Assembly (NCBI RefSeq): GCF_036507355.1
Contig: NZ_AP027877.1
Source of the DNA: Escherichia coli
GTDB lineage: Bacteria > Pseudomonadota > Gammaproteobacteria > Enterobacterales > Enterobacteriaceae
DNA length: 64,000 nucleotides
Strand: one strand, 5' to 3'
Part shown: positions 23,231 through 35,066 of the stretch, one piece after another
Layout of the letters: each line of letters starts with the position of its first letter
Numbering within the stretch: position 1 is the first letter of the stretch
Translations under genes and position numbers: made by a program
Notes under the pieces: model-generated
The model's database searches: none
The model's input: only the letters and a program-made list of their open reading frames with translations
What the model was told of the DNA's origin: nothing

Positions 23231-24229
23231 ATGGCTAAAACAGTAGAGCAGATAGCCAGCGACCTGAATTTATCGGTTACGACCGTGCGACTGGTGCTAA
23301 ATGGAAAAGCGGAACAATATCGAATCAGCGTCAAAACCCAAACGCGTATCAATGAATATGTTGAACACTATGGTTATATCATTAATCATTCCGCTCGCAG
23401 CCTTAAACTTAACAAAACTGATACATTAGGGTTGATTGTTCCCAACATATCCAACGTCTTTTTTGCTACGCTGGCAGAAAAACTTGAACAACGCTGCCGA
23501 CGTTCCGGATATCAACTTACGATCAGTTGTACTTATGATGATGTCGACTATGAAAATAAATTGACGAAAGCATTTATCGCACGAAATGTAGATGGTCTTT
23601 TTATTGTTCCTTCGACGCTGGAGAATCAGCAGCATCATTTACGCAAAATTCGTAAACCAATGGTTTTACTCGACCGTGATTTTAAATATACCGATAATGC
23701 ATTGGTAGAGAGTAATAATATTTCTGGCGGAGAAAAGTTGACACAAAATATTCTTGAGGCCGGGCAGACTCCAGTATGGTTTTTGCTGGGGGATGCCGGT
23801 TTGCCGAGTATCAGCGATCGTCTGACAGGTTATTTGAATGCGTTGGAAAAAAAAGGGATTACCCATCGCGATTGGGTGCGAGAAGGCCCGGTAAATACTC
23901 CGGAAGGCGGCTATGTCATTATGGAAAAACTCATTGAAGAGCAGGGATGTCCGCAGGCATTTATCGCCTCGTCTTTACCTGTGCTTGAAGGCGCTGTCCG
24001 CGCGATTCGCGACCGTCTTGGCGCTGTACCGCCAGAAATCAATATTGGCACTTTCGATGAACATCCCATGCTGGGATTTCTCGCCAACAATGTCTGGTCA
24101 ATGCAGCAGGATGAAAATGCCTGGGCAGAAAAAGCGTTCGAAATGATGTTAAGCGCGATCGAAGAAAGACCAGTCAAAAAAACAGTCAAAGTAGAAATGA
24201 AATTAATTAAGCGCATAAGAAAAAAATAA
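23231..24229 (+). CDS. LacI-family transcriptional regulator
   Basis: 332-aa ORF with N-terminal LacI HTH (VEQIASDLNLSVTTVRLVLNG) and periplasmic-binding-like effector domain; about 43% GC. Confidence 0.85.
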   Translation: MAKTVEQIASDLNLSVTTVRLVLNGKAEQYRISVKTQTRINEYVEHYGYIINHSARSLKLNKTDTLGLIVPNISNVFFATLAEKLEQRCRRSGYQLTISCTYDDVDYENKLTKAFIARNVDGLFIVPSTLENQQHHLRKIRKPMVLLDRDFKYTDNALVESNNISGGEKLTQNILEAGQTPVWFLLGDAGLPSISDRLTGYLNALEKKGITHRDWVREGPVNTPEGGYVIMEKLIEEQGCPQAFIASSLPVLEGAVRAIRDRLGAVPPEINIGTFDEHPMLGFLANNVWSMQQDENAWAEKAFEMMLSAIEERPVKKTVKVEMKLIKRIRKK

Positions 24230-24362
24230 TAATCGCCAAAAGATAATCAGGCTATTGAACAATGATATTCAGTGGCCACCCCTTACTAAAAATAACCCCG
24301 TCTTCATTTGCGGTGCTGTTTTACGCAACAAGGCGAGCTGGAACTGTATCTGGAGAATAGAG

Positions 24363-25010
24363 ATGGAAAGAACACGTTTATCCCGTGAAATAATTGAAAC
24401 CTGTCTGGAAATGACGCGCCTTGGGTTAAATCAGGGGACTGCGGGGAATGTCAGCACACGTTTTGAAAACGGCATGTTGATTACTCCAAGCGGTATTCCT
24501 TATGAAAGAATGACGGAGAATATGATTGTCTATGTTGATGGCAACGGCAAATACGAAGAAGGTAAGATTCCTTCCAGCGAATGGCGTTTCCATATGGCGG
24601 CCTATCAAAGCAGACCGGATGCCAACGCGGTTGTTCACAATCATGCCGTTCATTGCACAGCAGTTTCCATTCTTAACCGACCGATCCCCGCTATTCACTA
24701 CATGATTGCGGCGGCTGGCGGTAATTCTATTCCTTGCGCGCCTTATGCGACCTTTGGAACACGCGAACTTTCTGAACATGTTGCGCTGGCTCTCAAAAAT
24801 CGTAAGGCAACTTTGTTACAACATCATGGGCTTATCGCTTGTGAGGTGAATCTGGAAAAAGCGTTATGGCTGGCGCATGAAGTTGAAGTGCTGGCGCAAC
24901 TTTACCTGACGACCCTGGCGATTACGGACCCGGTGCCAGTGCTGAGCGATGAAGAAATTGCCGTAGTGCTGGAGAAATTCAAAACCTATGGGTTACGGAT
25001 TGAAGAGTAA
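24363..25010 (+). CDS. fucA: L-fuculose-1-phosphate aldolase (class II); N-terminal third diverged from the K-12 sequence
   Basis: 215-aa product from ATG 24363 (GGAGA RBS); residues from about 70 onward match K-12 FucA as I recall it, the first ~70 differ at about 18 positions. Confidence 0.85.
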   Translation: MERTRLSREIIETCLEMTRLGLNQGTAGNVSTRFENGMLITPSGIPYERMTENMIVYVDGNGKYEEGKIPSSEWRFHMAAYQSRPDANAVVHNHAVHCTAVSILNRPIPAIHYMIAAAGGNSIPCAPYATFGTRELSEHVALALKNRKATLLQHHGLIACEVNLEKALWLAHEVEVLAQLYLTTLAITDPVPVLSDEEIAVVLEKFKTYGLRIEE

Positions 25011-25037
25011 TTTCGTAAAGCAACAAGGAGAAGGATG

Positions 25038-26186
25038 ATGGCTAACAGAATGATTCTGAACGAAACGGCATGGTTTGGTCGGGGCGCTGTTGGGGCTTTA
25101 ACCGATGAGGTGAAACGCCGTGGTTATCAGAAGGCGCTGATCGTCACCGATAAAACGCTGGTGCAATGCGGCGTGGTGGCGAAAGTGACCCATAAGATGG
25201 ATGCTGCAGGGCTGGCATGGGCGATTTACGACGGCGTAGTACCCAACCCAACAATTACTGTCGTCAAAGAAGGGCTCGGTGTATTCCAGAATAGCGGCGC
25301 GGATTACCTGATCGCTATTGGTGGTGGTTCTCCACAGGATACTTGTAAAGCGATTGGCATTATCAGCAACAACCCGGAGTTTGCCGATGTGCGTAGCCTG
25401 GAAGGACTTTCCCCGACCAATAAACCCAGTTTACCGATTCTGGCAATCCCCACCACAGCAGGCACTGCGGCAGAAGTGACCATTAACTACGTGATCACTG
25501 ACGAAGAAAAACGGCGCAAGTTTGTTTGCGTTGATCCGCATGATATCCCGCAGGTGGCGTTTATTGACGCTGACATGATGGATGGTATGCCTCCAGCGCT
25601 GAAAGCTGCGACGGGTGTCGATGCGCTCACTCATGCTATTGAGGGGTATATTACCCGTGGCGCGTGGGCGCTAACCGATGCACTGCACATTAAAGCGATT
25701 GAAATCATTGCTGGGGCGCTGCGAGGATCGGTTGCTGGTGATAAGGATGCCGGAGAAGAAATGGCGCTCGGGCAGTATGTTGCGGGTATGGGCTTCTCGA
25801 ATGTTGGGTTAGGGTTGGTGCATGGGATGGCGCATCCACTGGGCGCGTTTTACAACACTCCACACGGTGTTGCGAACGCCATCCTGTTACCGCATGTCAT
25901 GCGCTATAACGCTGACTTTACCGGTGAGAAGTACCGCGATATCGCGCGCGTTATGGGCGTGAAAGTGGAAGGTATGAGCCTGGAAGAGGCGCGTAATGCC
26001 GCTGTTGAAGCGGTGTTTGCTCTCAACCGTGATGTCGGTATTCCGCCACATTTGCGTGATGTTGGTGTACGCAAGGAAGACATTCCGGCACTGGCGCAGG
26101 CGGCACTGGATGATGTTTGTACCGGTGGCAACCCGCGTGAAGCAACGCTTGAGGATATTGTAGAGCTTTACCATACCGCCTGGTAA
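25038..26186 (+). CDS. fucO: L-1,2-propanediol oxidoreductase (iron-containing alcohol dehydrogenase)
   Basis: 382-aa Fe-ADH family ORF (an additional ATG lies at 25035). Confidence 0.9.
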   Translation: MANRMILNETAWFGRGAVGALTDEVKRRGYQKALIVTDKTLVQCGVVAKVTHKMDAAGLAWAIYDGVVPNPTITVVKEGLGVFQNSGADYLIAIGGGSPQDTCKAIGIISNNPEFADVRSLEGLSPTNKPSLPILAIPTTAGTAAEVTINYVITDEEKRRKFVCVDPHDIPQVAFIDADMMDGMPPALKAATGVDALTHAIEGYITRGAWALTDALHIKAIEIIAGALRGSVAGDKDAGEEMALGQYVAGMGFSNVGLGLVHGMAHPLGAFYNTPHGVANAILLPHVMRYNADFTGEKYRDIARVMGVKVEGMSLEEARNAAVEAVFALNRDVGIPPHLRDVGVRKEDIPALAQAALDDVCTGGNPREATLEDIVELYHTAW

Positions 26187-26240
26187 ATGCGCTGATGTGA
26201 TAATGCCGGATGCGACGTTTGCGGCGTATTCGGCACGCCG

Positions 26241-27107
<867 letters not shown>

Positions 27108-28475
27108 TTAATCGCAGGCAACGATCTTCATTGCCAGGCCGCCGCGAGAGGTTTCGCGGTACTTGGCGTTCATATCTTTACCTGTTTCGTACATGGTTTC
27201 GATAACTTTATCGAGGCAGACGCGCGGCTCGCTGGTACGGCGCAGCGCCATACGTGCGGCGTTCACCGCTTTTACTGCCGCAATGGCGTTACGCTCGATG
27301 CATGGCACCTGTACCTGTCCGGCGACCGGGTCACACGTCAGACCGAGGTTGTGCTCCATGGCGATTTCCGCCGCGATGCACACCTGCGCCGGGCTTGCGC
27401 CTAATAGTTCTGCCAGACCAGCCGCCGCCATTGAGCACGCCACGCCAACTTCACCCTGGCAGCCGACTTCAGCACCAGAAATTGACGCGTTCATCTTATA
27501 AAGAGAACCAATGGCGCTGGCTACCAGCAGGTAACGAGCCAGTGAGTTAGCGTTCACTTCGCGGATAAACTTGTCGTAGTACGCCAGCACTGCCGGGATA
27601 ATCCCGCACGCACCGTTAGTTGGCGCAGTCACCACGCGACCGCCAGCGGCGTTCTCTTCGTTCACTGCCAGTGCAAACATGTTGATCCAGTCAACAACCG
27701 CCATCGGGTCAGTGGTGGTTTTATCCTGGCTGACCAGCATCCGGCGTAGTGCCGCAGCACGGCGTGGTACGCGCAGTTTGCCAGGCAACACGCCTTCGGT
27801 GGAAATACCGCGCTCAATACCGCCGCGCATGACTTCCCAGACGTTCGCCAGGTGCTGTTCCAGCTCTTCTTTGCTGTGCAGCGCTAGCTCGTTTTTCATC
27901 ATCAGGCCAGAGAGTGACAGCCCGGTTTCCTGACAATGTTTTTGCAGATCGGCTGCTGAACTGTACGGATAAGGAACTTCAACCGGTGCGCTATCCTGCT
28001 GGCCAAAATGCTCTTCATCAACGATAAAGCCACCGCCAATAGAGTAGTAAGTCTGACTGTAAACGACTTTATCACCCGCCAGCGCGGTAATGCGCATACC
28101 GTTTTCATGCAGAGAAAGGTTGTCGGCATGGAAGTTCATGCACTGATCAACCGGGAACTCCACTTCATGCTGACCGTTTGCCAGCATCAGGCGACCATGA
28201 GTATTCACATCCTGAATAAAACCAGGGATGGAATCGATATCCACGGTATCCGGCAGGTTACCCGCCAGGCCCATAATAATGGCGATATCAGTGTGGTGGC
28301 CTTTACCAGTCAGAGAGAGCGAGCCGTACACGTCAACCACCACGCGGGTCACGTCTTTAAGCAGGTTACGGGCAATCAGATCGTCGGTAAATTGTTTACC
28401 CGCTTTCATTGGTCCAACGGTATGAGAACTGGAAGGGCCAATGCCGATTTTGAAAATATCGAATACGCTAATCAT
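27108..28475 (-). CDS. sdaB: L-serine dehydratase 2
   Basis: 455-aa iron-sulfur L-serine dehydratase. Confidence 0.9.
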   Translation of the reverse strand: MISVFDIFKIGIGPSSSHTVGPMKAGKQFTDDLIARNLLKDVTRVVVDVYGSLSLTGKGHHTDIAIIMGLAGNLPDTVDIDSIPGFIQDVNTHGRLMLANGQHEVEFPVDQCMNFHADNLSLHENGMRITALAGDKVVYSQTYYSIGGGFIVDEEHFGQQDSAPVEVPYPYSSAADLQKHCQETGLSLSGLMMKNELALHSKEELEQHLANVWEVMRGGIERGISTEGVLPGKLRVPRRAAALRRMLVSQDKTTTDPMAVVDWINMFALAVNEENAAGGRVVTAPTNGACGIIPAVLAYYDKFIREVNANSLARYLLVASAIGSLYKMNASISGAEVGCQGEVGVACSMAAAGLAELLGASPAQVCIAAEIAMEHNLGLTCDPVAGQVQVPCIERNAIAAVKAVNAARMALRRTSEPRVCLDKVIETMYETGKDMNAKYRETSRGGLAMKIVACD

Positions 28476-28532
28476 AGGAAATACATCGCGTTAAAACGGA
28501 GGAAGCGCCGCCCGAAAGCGGCGCGAAAGGAC

Positions 28533-29822
28533 TTAGCTGAACAGAGAGTAGAAGATTGCGGAGATTGCAATCAGACCCATCACGACAACGAATACGTTGC
28601 TGATGTGACCGCTGTACTTACGCATTGCCGGTACTTTCTGAATTGCGTACATCGGCATCAGGAACAGGATCATCGCGATGATTGGGCCGCCCAGGGTTTC
28701 AATCATACCCAGGATGCTCGGGTTCAGGGTGGCAACAATCCAGGTCGTTACCAGCATGAACAGCGCAGTGATACGGTTCAGCTTGTTGATTTCGATAGAC
28801 TTACCTTTACCACGCAGAGATTTAATCACCATACCGTTGAAGCCTTCACGTGCGCCCAGGTAGTGGCCGAGGAAGGATTTGGTGATAGCGATAATCGCGA
28901 TAATCGGAGCCATCCACGCGATAACCGGTGCGTTAAAGTGGTTAGCCAGGTAAGACAGAATCGAGATGTTCTGCTCTTTAGCCGCAGCCAGGTCTGCCGG
29001 AGTCAGGCTCAGTACGCAGCTGAATACGAAGAACATTACGGTCAGCACCATCATGATGTGTGCGAATGCCAGGATCTTCGAGCATTTCTGTTCTGCCATA
29101 TCGCCGTACTCTTCACGCTTCGCAACGGCGAAAGAAGAGATGATCGGAGAGTGGTTGAACGAGAACACCATTACCGGAATTGCCAGCCACAGGGTCATCC
29201 ACAGACCGTTTCCGGTTGCAGATGCAGTGTCCAGAGACAGCGTTTCCAGTGCTGCGCCGTTCCACTGCGGGATCAGGTACAGAGCCAGCAGCATCAGTAC
29301 GCCAACAAACGGGAATACCAGAATACTCATCGCTTTAACGATCATCTGTTCACCAAAGCGAACGATGGTCATCATACCCACGATTAGGATCAGCGACAGA
29401 ATCGCACGCGGCGGTGGTGTCATACCCAGCTGGTGAGACATGAAGCTTTCAACTGTATTGGTGATTGCCACGCTATAAACCAGCAGGATCGGGTAGATAG
29501 CGAAGAAGTAGAGCAGGGTAATCAGTTTACCTGCGCCAATACCAAAGTGTTCTTCTACAACCTCGGTGATGTCTTCGCCCGGGTTTTTACCAGACAGTAC
29601 GAAGCGAGTCAGGCCGCGGTGAGCAAAAAACGTCATCGGGAACGCAAGGATAGCCATGATGATCAGCGGGATCATACCGCCAACACCGGCGTTGATTGGC
29701 AGGAACAGCACGCCCGCGCCGATTGCCGTGCCGTAAAGGCCCAGCATCCACATGGTGTCTGTCTTGCGCCAGGCACTACGAGAGTCTTTCGACGCAATCG
29801 TGCTGGTTTGAGTCGTTTCCAT
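28533..29822 (-). CDS. sdaC: Serine:H+ symporter SdaC
   Basis: 429-aa HAAAP-family transporter upstream of sdaB. Confidence 0.9.
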   Translation of the reverse strand: METTQTSTIASKDSRSAWRKTDTMWMLGLYGTAIGAGVLFLPINAGVGGMIPLIIMAILAFPMTFFAHRGLTRFVLSGKNPGEDITEVVEEHFGIGAGKLITLLYFFAIYPILLVYSVAITNTVESFMSHQLGMTPPPRAILSLILIVGMMTIVRFGEQMIVKAMSILVFPFVGVLMLLALYLIPQWNGAALETLSLDTASATGNGLWMTLWLAIPVMVFSFNHSPIISSFAVAKREEYGDMAEQKCSKILAFAHIMMVLTVMFFVFSCVLSLTPADLAAAKEQNISILSYLANHFNAPVIAWMAPIIAIIAITKSFLGHYLGAREGFNGMVIKSLRGKGKSIEINKLNRITALFMLVTTWIVATLNPSILGMIETLGGPIIAMILFLMPMYAIQKVPAMRKYSGHISNVFVVVMGLIAISAIFYSLFS

Positions 29823-30378
29823 CTATTTCTCCTGGAGGAATGCAAATAATTCAGCTTTTAGCCAGTTCAGCCCGGGAAGGTGCCTGACCGTAAAAATGAA
29901 ATCTGTCTATCGGCGATGGCTTAATCATTTACCGCCGTAATAATTTGAGGGCGGAAAGATACACACAAGTTATGTATCTATCAGTGATCTTGATCCCAAA
30001 TACAATAATCTACTTGGAAGATAGATTATCCCAACGCTTTACTCTGTAAATCAAAAGTAAAAGAGAATTTAAGGGCAATATTTGCCCATTAAACGACATC
30101 TGACTTCTTCCGGGGCGCGCAATATATGTAGGTTGAACTGAAAAAATCAATACTTTTAGTTAATCATGGCGATAATTTCTTTTTCATAGCGATAAAATAC
30201 GGTTTATGAAAATAGGGAAACGTTTGCGTTGCAATATAAATTGTATGACATATTAACTGTGATGATATTTGTCGCGTGAGGGTGGTAAGAAACATTCATA
30301 TAACAAATGAAATGAGTTGATGAGTAAGTGACCAAAAACGAGAAAACCCGGCAACAAACGTCACCGGGGGAGGGGAGA

Positions 30379-31743
30379 TTACGTGCAGATTTCGTAGCAA
30401 GGGATGTAGGCTGAGCCTGGCAACTTCATACGATGCTGGGCAACAAAACCCTGTAGCAGGTCGTCCATACGACGCATAATCTCTTTATCGCCGTTGATTT
30501 TGTAAGGACCAAACTCTTCAATGGCGCGAATACCGACTTCTTTTACGTTACCCGCCACAATACCGGAGAACGCACGGCGCAGGTCGGCAGCCAGCACTTC
30601 AACGGGTTGATCCGGGTAAAGCTTCAGATTAGCCATATTCTCGTGAGACGGCTCAAACGGCATTTGCAAATCTGGCGCAATGCGCATTGACCAGTTAAAG
30701 CTGTAAGCGTCACCAGTGTCGCGGCGATTTTCTTTCACCAGCGGCATCGATTTTTTCATCTGACGAGCGACTTCAGCGGCGTCATCAATGATGATGCGGT
30801 AATGGCGGCGCGCGTTTTCGCCCAGCGTATGTACGACAAACTCGTCCAGTACGCGGAAGTAGTCGGCGCTCTCTTTCGGGCCGGTGAGGATCAATGGTAA
30901 AACCTGATCTTTGTTGGCCGGGTTCATTAAAATTCCCAGCAAATACAGCAACTCTTCTGCCGTACCCACACCGCCAGGGAAGATAATGATGCCGTGAGCG
31001 ATACGGACAAACGCTTCCAGACGTTTTTCGATATCCGGCATGATGATCAATTCGTTGACCAGCGGGTTAGGCGGTTCAGCGGCGATAATCGACGGCTCTG
31101 TCATACCAATAAAACGACTGTCTTTGTAACGCTGCTGCGCGTGTCCGACCGCAGCACCTTTCATCGGCGCTTCCATCGCTCCCGGACCACAGCCGGTGCA
31201 GATATTCAGCTCACGCAGGCCCAGCTGGTTTCCGACGCGACGGGCATACAAATACTCATTTTCGTTAATTGAGTGACCGCCCCAGCAGACCACCATATTT
31301 GGCGCTTCACCCACATGCAGCGCGCGAGCGTTACGCAAGATGGAAAAGACCAGGTTAGTGATGTGGACGGAGTTGTCGAGATTCAGGTTGGGAAAACGAA
31401 CGGTGTTATGGATTTGCCCGTAAACGAAGAGAATGTCTCGCAGAACCGCGAACAAGTTGGCCTGCAAAGCGCGAATAATTCGCCCATCGACAAAAGCCTC
31501 TTCCGGGGGATTAATCAGTTCCAGCTTTACGCCGCGTTCACGGCGCAAGACGTTAATATCGAAATTTTCAAAACGAGACAGCAATTCTTTGCTGTTATCG
31601 GTCAAACTACCGGAGTTCAGTACGGCAAGTGAACAGTTGCGAAACAATTGATAGAGGTCGCTGCTGGCGGTGCGTTTAAGCATATCCACTTCCAGCTGCG
31701 ACAACATATCCATGGAGCCAAGCGGGCTAATATGTGTAATCAA
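30379..31743 (-). CDS. ppnN: Pyrimidine/purine nucleotide 5'-monophosphate nucleosidase (LOG family)
   Basis: 454-aa ORF with LOG-family PGGxGTxEE motif ([12 protein letters not shown]). Confidence 0.85.
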
Positions 31744-31854
31744 GAAAAACTCCTTATGGGACGAATATCGTCATTCCCTTTGATTACAATAGCCCTGCCT
31801 GATGACCTTTCACAACCTTCTGCGTGAATCCAGCACGCAAAATTGAGAAAAAAT

Positions 31855-32703
31855 TTATTGCCGAACCAGTCTTGTGGTCGATGGGACAAAATCGCTATTA
31901 CTGCGCCACGGGTTAATGTCCAGACCGCCACGACGGGTATAACGTGCGTAAACGCTCAATTTCTCTGGCTGGCAGAAGCGTAACAGGTCATTAAAGATGC
32001 GTTCCACGCACTGTTCGTGGAACTCGTTGTGATGACGGAATGAGACCAGGTAACGCAGCAGTTTTTCTCTGTCAATTTGGTGTCCACGATACTGAATTTG
32101 GATCGAACCCCAATCTGGTTGATGGGTGATCAGGCAGTTTGATTTCAGCAGGTGGCTGACGAGCGTCTCTTCCACTACTTTTTCACCACTGGTGGCATTC
32201 TCCAGATAGTCAGTAGTGAATTCATAGTTATCGATAGTGATATCCTGGTCATCAATGCAAGTGCCATTGAAATGACCTATCGGCTGGCCTTCCAGTTCAT
32301 CAAGACGATATAACGCCACGCTAACCTTACCCTGAGCGCAAGTGCTTAAGTCGCGCTCCAGCGTCTGGCGCACCTCATCCCAGTTATTAAAACGCGTCTG
32401 GTTAAAACTGTTGAGATAAAGCTTAAAACTCTTCGACTCAATCAGATTTACGCTGGTGTAATCAAGTTCAACATGACCGACAGCGACCTGCGGCAAACCT
32501 TTCGCATTCAGCCAGGAAAGTTCATACAGCGTCCAGATATCCGTACCGTGAAAAGGCAGGTTATCCGCTTTCAGACCCAGCGGGTCGCGATTCAGGCTGC
32601 GTGGAACGCCTTGCAGTAGGCTGGTGTCATAGGTATCCCGGTAATCGGTTGATTTTCCAAGAGTCAGGCCCGCAAGTGCCTGATGGTTTGCATAAGAAGA
32701 CAT
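31855..32703 (-). CDS. queF: NADPH-dependent 7-cyano-7-deazaguanine (preQ0) reductase
   Basis: 282-aa two-domain QueF. Confidence 0.9.
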   Translation of the reverse strand: MSSYANHQALAGLTLGKSTDYRDTYDTSLLQGVPRSLNRDPLGLKADNLPFHGTDIWTLYELSWLNAKGLPQVAVGHVELDYTSVNLIESKSFKLYLNSFNQTRFNNWDEVRQTLERDLSTCAQGKVSVALYRLDELEGQPIGHFNGTCIDDQDITIDNYEFTTDYLENATSGEKVVEETLVSHLLKSNCLITHQPDWGSIQIQYRGHQIDREKLLRYLVSFRHHNEFHEQCVERIFNDLLRFCQPEKLSVYARYTRRGGLDINPWRSNSDFVPSTTRLVRQ

Positions 32704-32770
32704 GTTTCACCGTCATAAACCAGATAAACTAAACGACAAGTGTATCTGGTTTAAGTGAAGAGAGAAATTA

Positions 32771-33316
32771 GTGGACGATTTGACCGCACAAGCCCTGAAA
32801 GATTTTACTGCACGCTACTGCGATGCGTGGCATGAAGAGCATAAAAGCTGGCCGTTAAGTGAGGAACTGTACGGCGTTCCTTCACCGTGCATTATTTCAA
32901 CTACTGAAGATGCCGTATACTGGCAACCCCAGCCGTTTACCGGGGAACAAAATGTAAACGCGGTTGAACGCGCTTTTGATATTGTGATACAACCCACAAT
33001 TCATACCTTTTATACGACTCAGTTTGCCGGGGATATGCACGCGCAGTTTGGCGATATCAAACTGACATTGCTGCAAACCTGGAGTGAAGACGACTTCCGT
33101 CGGGTGCAGGAAAATCTGATTGGTCATCTGGTGACTCAGAAAAGGCTAAAACTGCCACCCACGCTATTTATCGCGACGCTGGAAGAAGAGTTAGAGGTCA
33201 TCTCGGTGTGTAATCTCTCCGGTGAAGTGTGTAAAGAGACGCTGGGAACACGTAAACGGACGCATTTAGCCTCAAATCTTGCGGAATTCCTTAATCAACT
33301 TAAGCCTCTTCTGTAA
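32771..33316 (+). CDS. syd: SecY-interacting protein Syd
   Basis: 181-aa ORF; synteny with queF and csrB. Confidence 0.85.
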
Positions 33317-33335
33317 TCCAAATACCCCATCTGGT

Positions 33336-33353
33336 TGTGAGAGATCTCTTACA
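33336..33353. promoter_or_regulatory. UvrY (BarA/UvrY two-component) box upstream of csrB
   Basis: Perfect 18-bp inverted repeat TGTGAGAGATCTCTTACA about 190 bp upstream of the csrB 5' end. Confidence 0.8.
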
Positions 33354-33535
33354 GACTCTGTAGGAGATCGCCAGGAAATAAGCGAATACTTAAAAAGATA
33401 AGAATCGCTATTTTCATTTAAAAACAACATGTTGCTTGTTAATTCCTAACTTTCATATGAAATTTTCCTTAAGGCATTGTCTGTAAGCGCCTTGTAAGAC
33501 TTCGCGAAAAAGACGATTCTATCTTCGTCGACAGG

Positions 33536-33892
33536 GAGTCAGACAACGAAGTGAACATCAGGATGATGACACTTCTGAAGGACACACCAGGATGGTGTTT
33601 CAGGGAAAGGCTTCTGGATGAAGCGAAGAGGATGACGCAGGACGCGTTAAAGGACACCTCCAGGATGGAGAATGAGAACCGGTCAGGATGATTCGGTGGG
33701 TCAGGAAGGCCAGGGACACTTCAGGATGAAGTATCACATCGGGGTGGTGTGAGCAGGAAGCAATAGTTCAGGATGAACGATTGGCCGCAAGGCCAGAGGA
33801 AAAGTTGTCAAGGATGAGCAGGGAGCAACAAATGTAGCTGGAATGCTGCGAAACGAACCGGGAGCACTGTGAATACAGTGCTCCCTTTTTTT
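33536..33892 (+). ncRNA. csrB: CsrB, CsrA-sequestering small RNA
   Basis: About 360 nt with roughly 18 CAGGAUG/AGGA repeats, ending in the intrinsic terminator GGAGCACUGUGAAUACAGUGCUCCCUUUUUUU; 5' end approximate. Confidence 0.9.
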
Positions 33893-33937
33893 ATTCCTGC
33901 TATCCTTCGCGGCAGTTTTTCTTATTGAGGTTGCTTT

Positions 33938-34267
33938 ATGACCACTCATGACCGCGTTCGTCTCCAGTTGCAGGCGCTTGAAGCGTTACTGCGTGAACAT
34001 CAGCACTGGCGAAACGATGAACCCCAGCCGCATCAATTTAATAGTACCCAACCGTTCTTTATGGACACCATGGAACCACTGGAGTGGTTGCAGTGGGTGC
34101 TGATCCCGCGAATGCACGATTTGTTAAATAACAACCAGCCGTTACCGGGCGCTTTTGCCGTTGCTCCCTATTATGAAATGGCGCTGGCGACGGACCATCC
34201 GCAACGCGCGCTTATTCTGGCTGAGTTGGAAAAACTGGATGCTCTTTTTGCGGATGATGCGAGCTAA
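33938..34267 (+). CDS. yqcC: DUF446 protein YqcC
   Basis: 109-aa ORF translationally coupled to truC. Confidence 0.8.
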   Translation: MTTHDRVRLQLQALEALLREHQHWRNDEPQPHQFNSTQPFFMDTMEPLEWLQWVLIPRMHDLLNNNQPLPGAFAVAPYYEMALATDHPQRALILAELEKLDALFADDAS

Positions 34268-35049
34268 TGCTGGAAATACTCTATCAGGATGAATGGCTGG
34301 TTGCGGTAAATAAACCCTCCGGCTGGCTGGTTCACCGCAGCTGGCTGGATCGCGACGAGAAAGTAGTGGTCATGCAAACCGTGCGTGACCAGATAGGCCA
34401 GCATGTTTTTACTGCTCATCGTCTGGACCGACCAACTTCTGGTGTGTTGTTGATGGGATTATCCAGCGAGGCCGGACGGCTGCTGGCACAACAGTTTGAA
34501 CAGCACCAAATCCAGAAATGTTACCATGCGATTGTGCGCGGCTGGTTGATGGAAGAAGCGGTGCTGGATTATCCACTGGTGGAAGAACTGGACAAAATCG
34601 CTGATAAATTTGCCCGCGAAGATAAAGGCCCGCAGCCAGCAGTGACGCATTATCGCGGTCTGGCGACCGTAGAAATGCCGGTAGCGACCGGACGTTACCC
34701 GACCACGCGCTACGGCCTGGTGGAACTGGAGCCGAAAACCGGACGCAAACATCAGCTTCGCCGACATCTTGCCCATTTGCGTCATCCGATTATTGGCGAT
34801 AGCAAACATGGCGATTTACGCCAGAATCGCAGCGGTGCTGAGCATTTTGGTCTTCAGCGGTTAATGCTGCATGCCAGTCAGTTGTCATTGACGCATCCTT
34901 TCACTGGCGAGCCGCTGACTATTCACGCGGGCCTGGACGACACCTGGATGCAGGCGTTATCACAATTTGGCTGGCGCGGTCTGCTTCCTGAAAATGAAAG
35001 GGTTGAGTTCAGTGCGCCATCGGGTCAGGATGGAGAGATAAGTTCCTAA
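34267..35049 (+). CDS. truC: tRNA pseudouridine(65) synthase TruC
   Basis: 260-aa RluA-family pseudouridine synthase (HRLDRPTSGVLL). Confidence 0.9.
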   Translation: MLEILYQDEWLVAVNKPSGWLVHRSWLDRDEKVVVMQTVRDQIGQHVFTAHRLDRPTSGVLLMGLSSEAGRLLAQQFEQHQIQKCYHAIVRGWLMEEAVLDYPLVEELDKIADKFAREDKGPQPAVTHYRGLATVEMPVATGRYPTTRYGLVELEPKTGRKHQLRRHLAHLRHPIIGDSKHGDLRQNRSGAEHFGLQRLMLHASQLSLTHPFTGEPLTIHAGLDDTWMQALSQFGWRGLLPENERVEFSAPSGQDGEISS

Positions 35050-35066
35050 TCTAGGGAGAAAACGGT

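Noticed and set aside
26187-26240. REP element between fucO and xni
   Set aside because: Only a partial GCCGGATGCGACG half-site with no convincing partner arm was seen; too weak to call.
28008-29387. 459-aa plus-strand ORF overlapping sdaB and sdaC
   Set aside because: It is antisense to two well-supported genes, has an H/R/N-rich unnatural composition and no start context.
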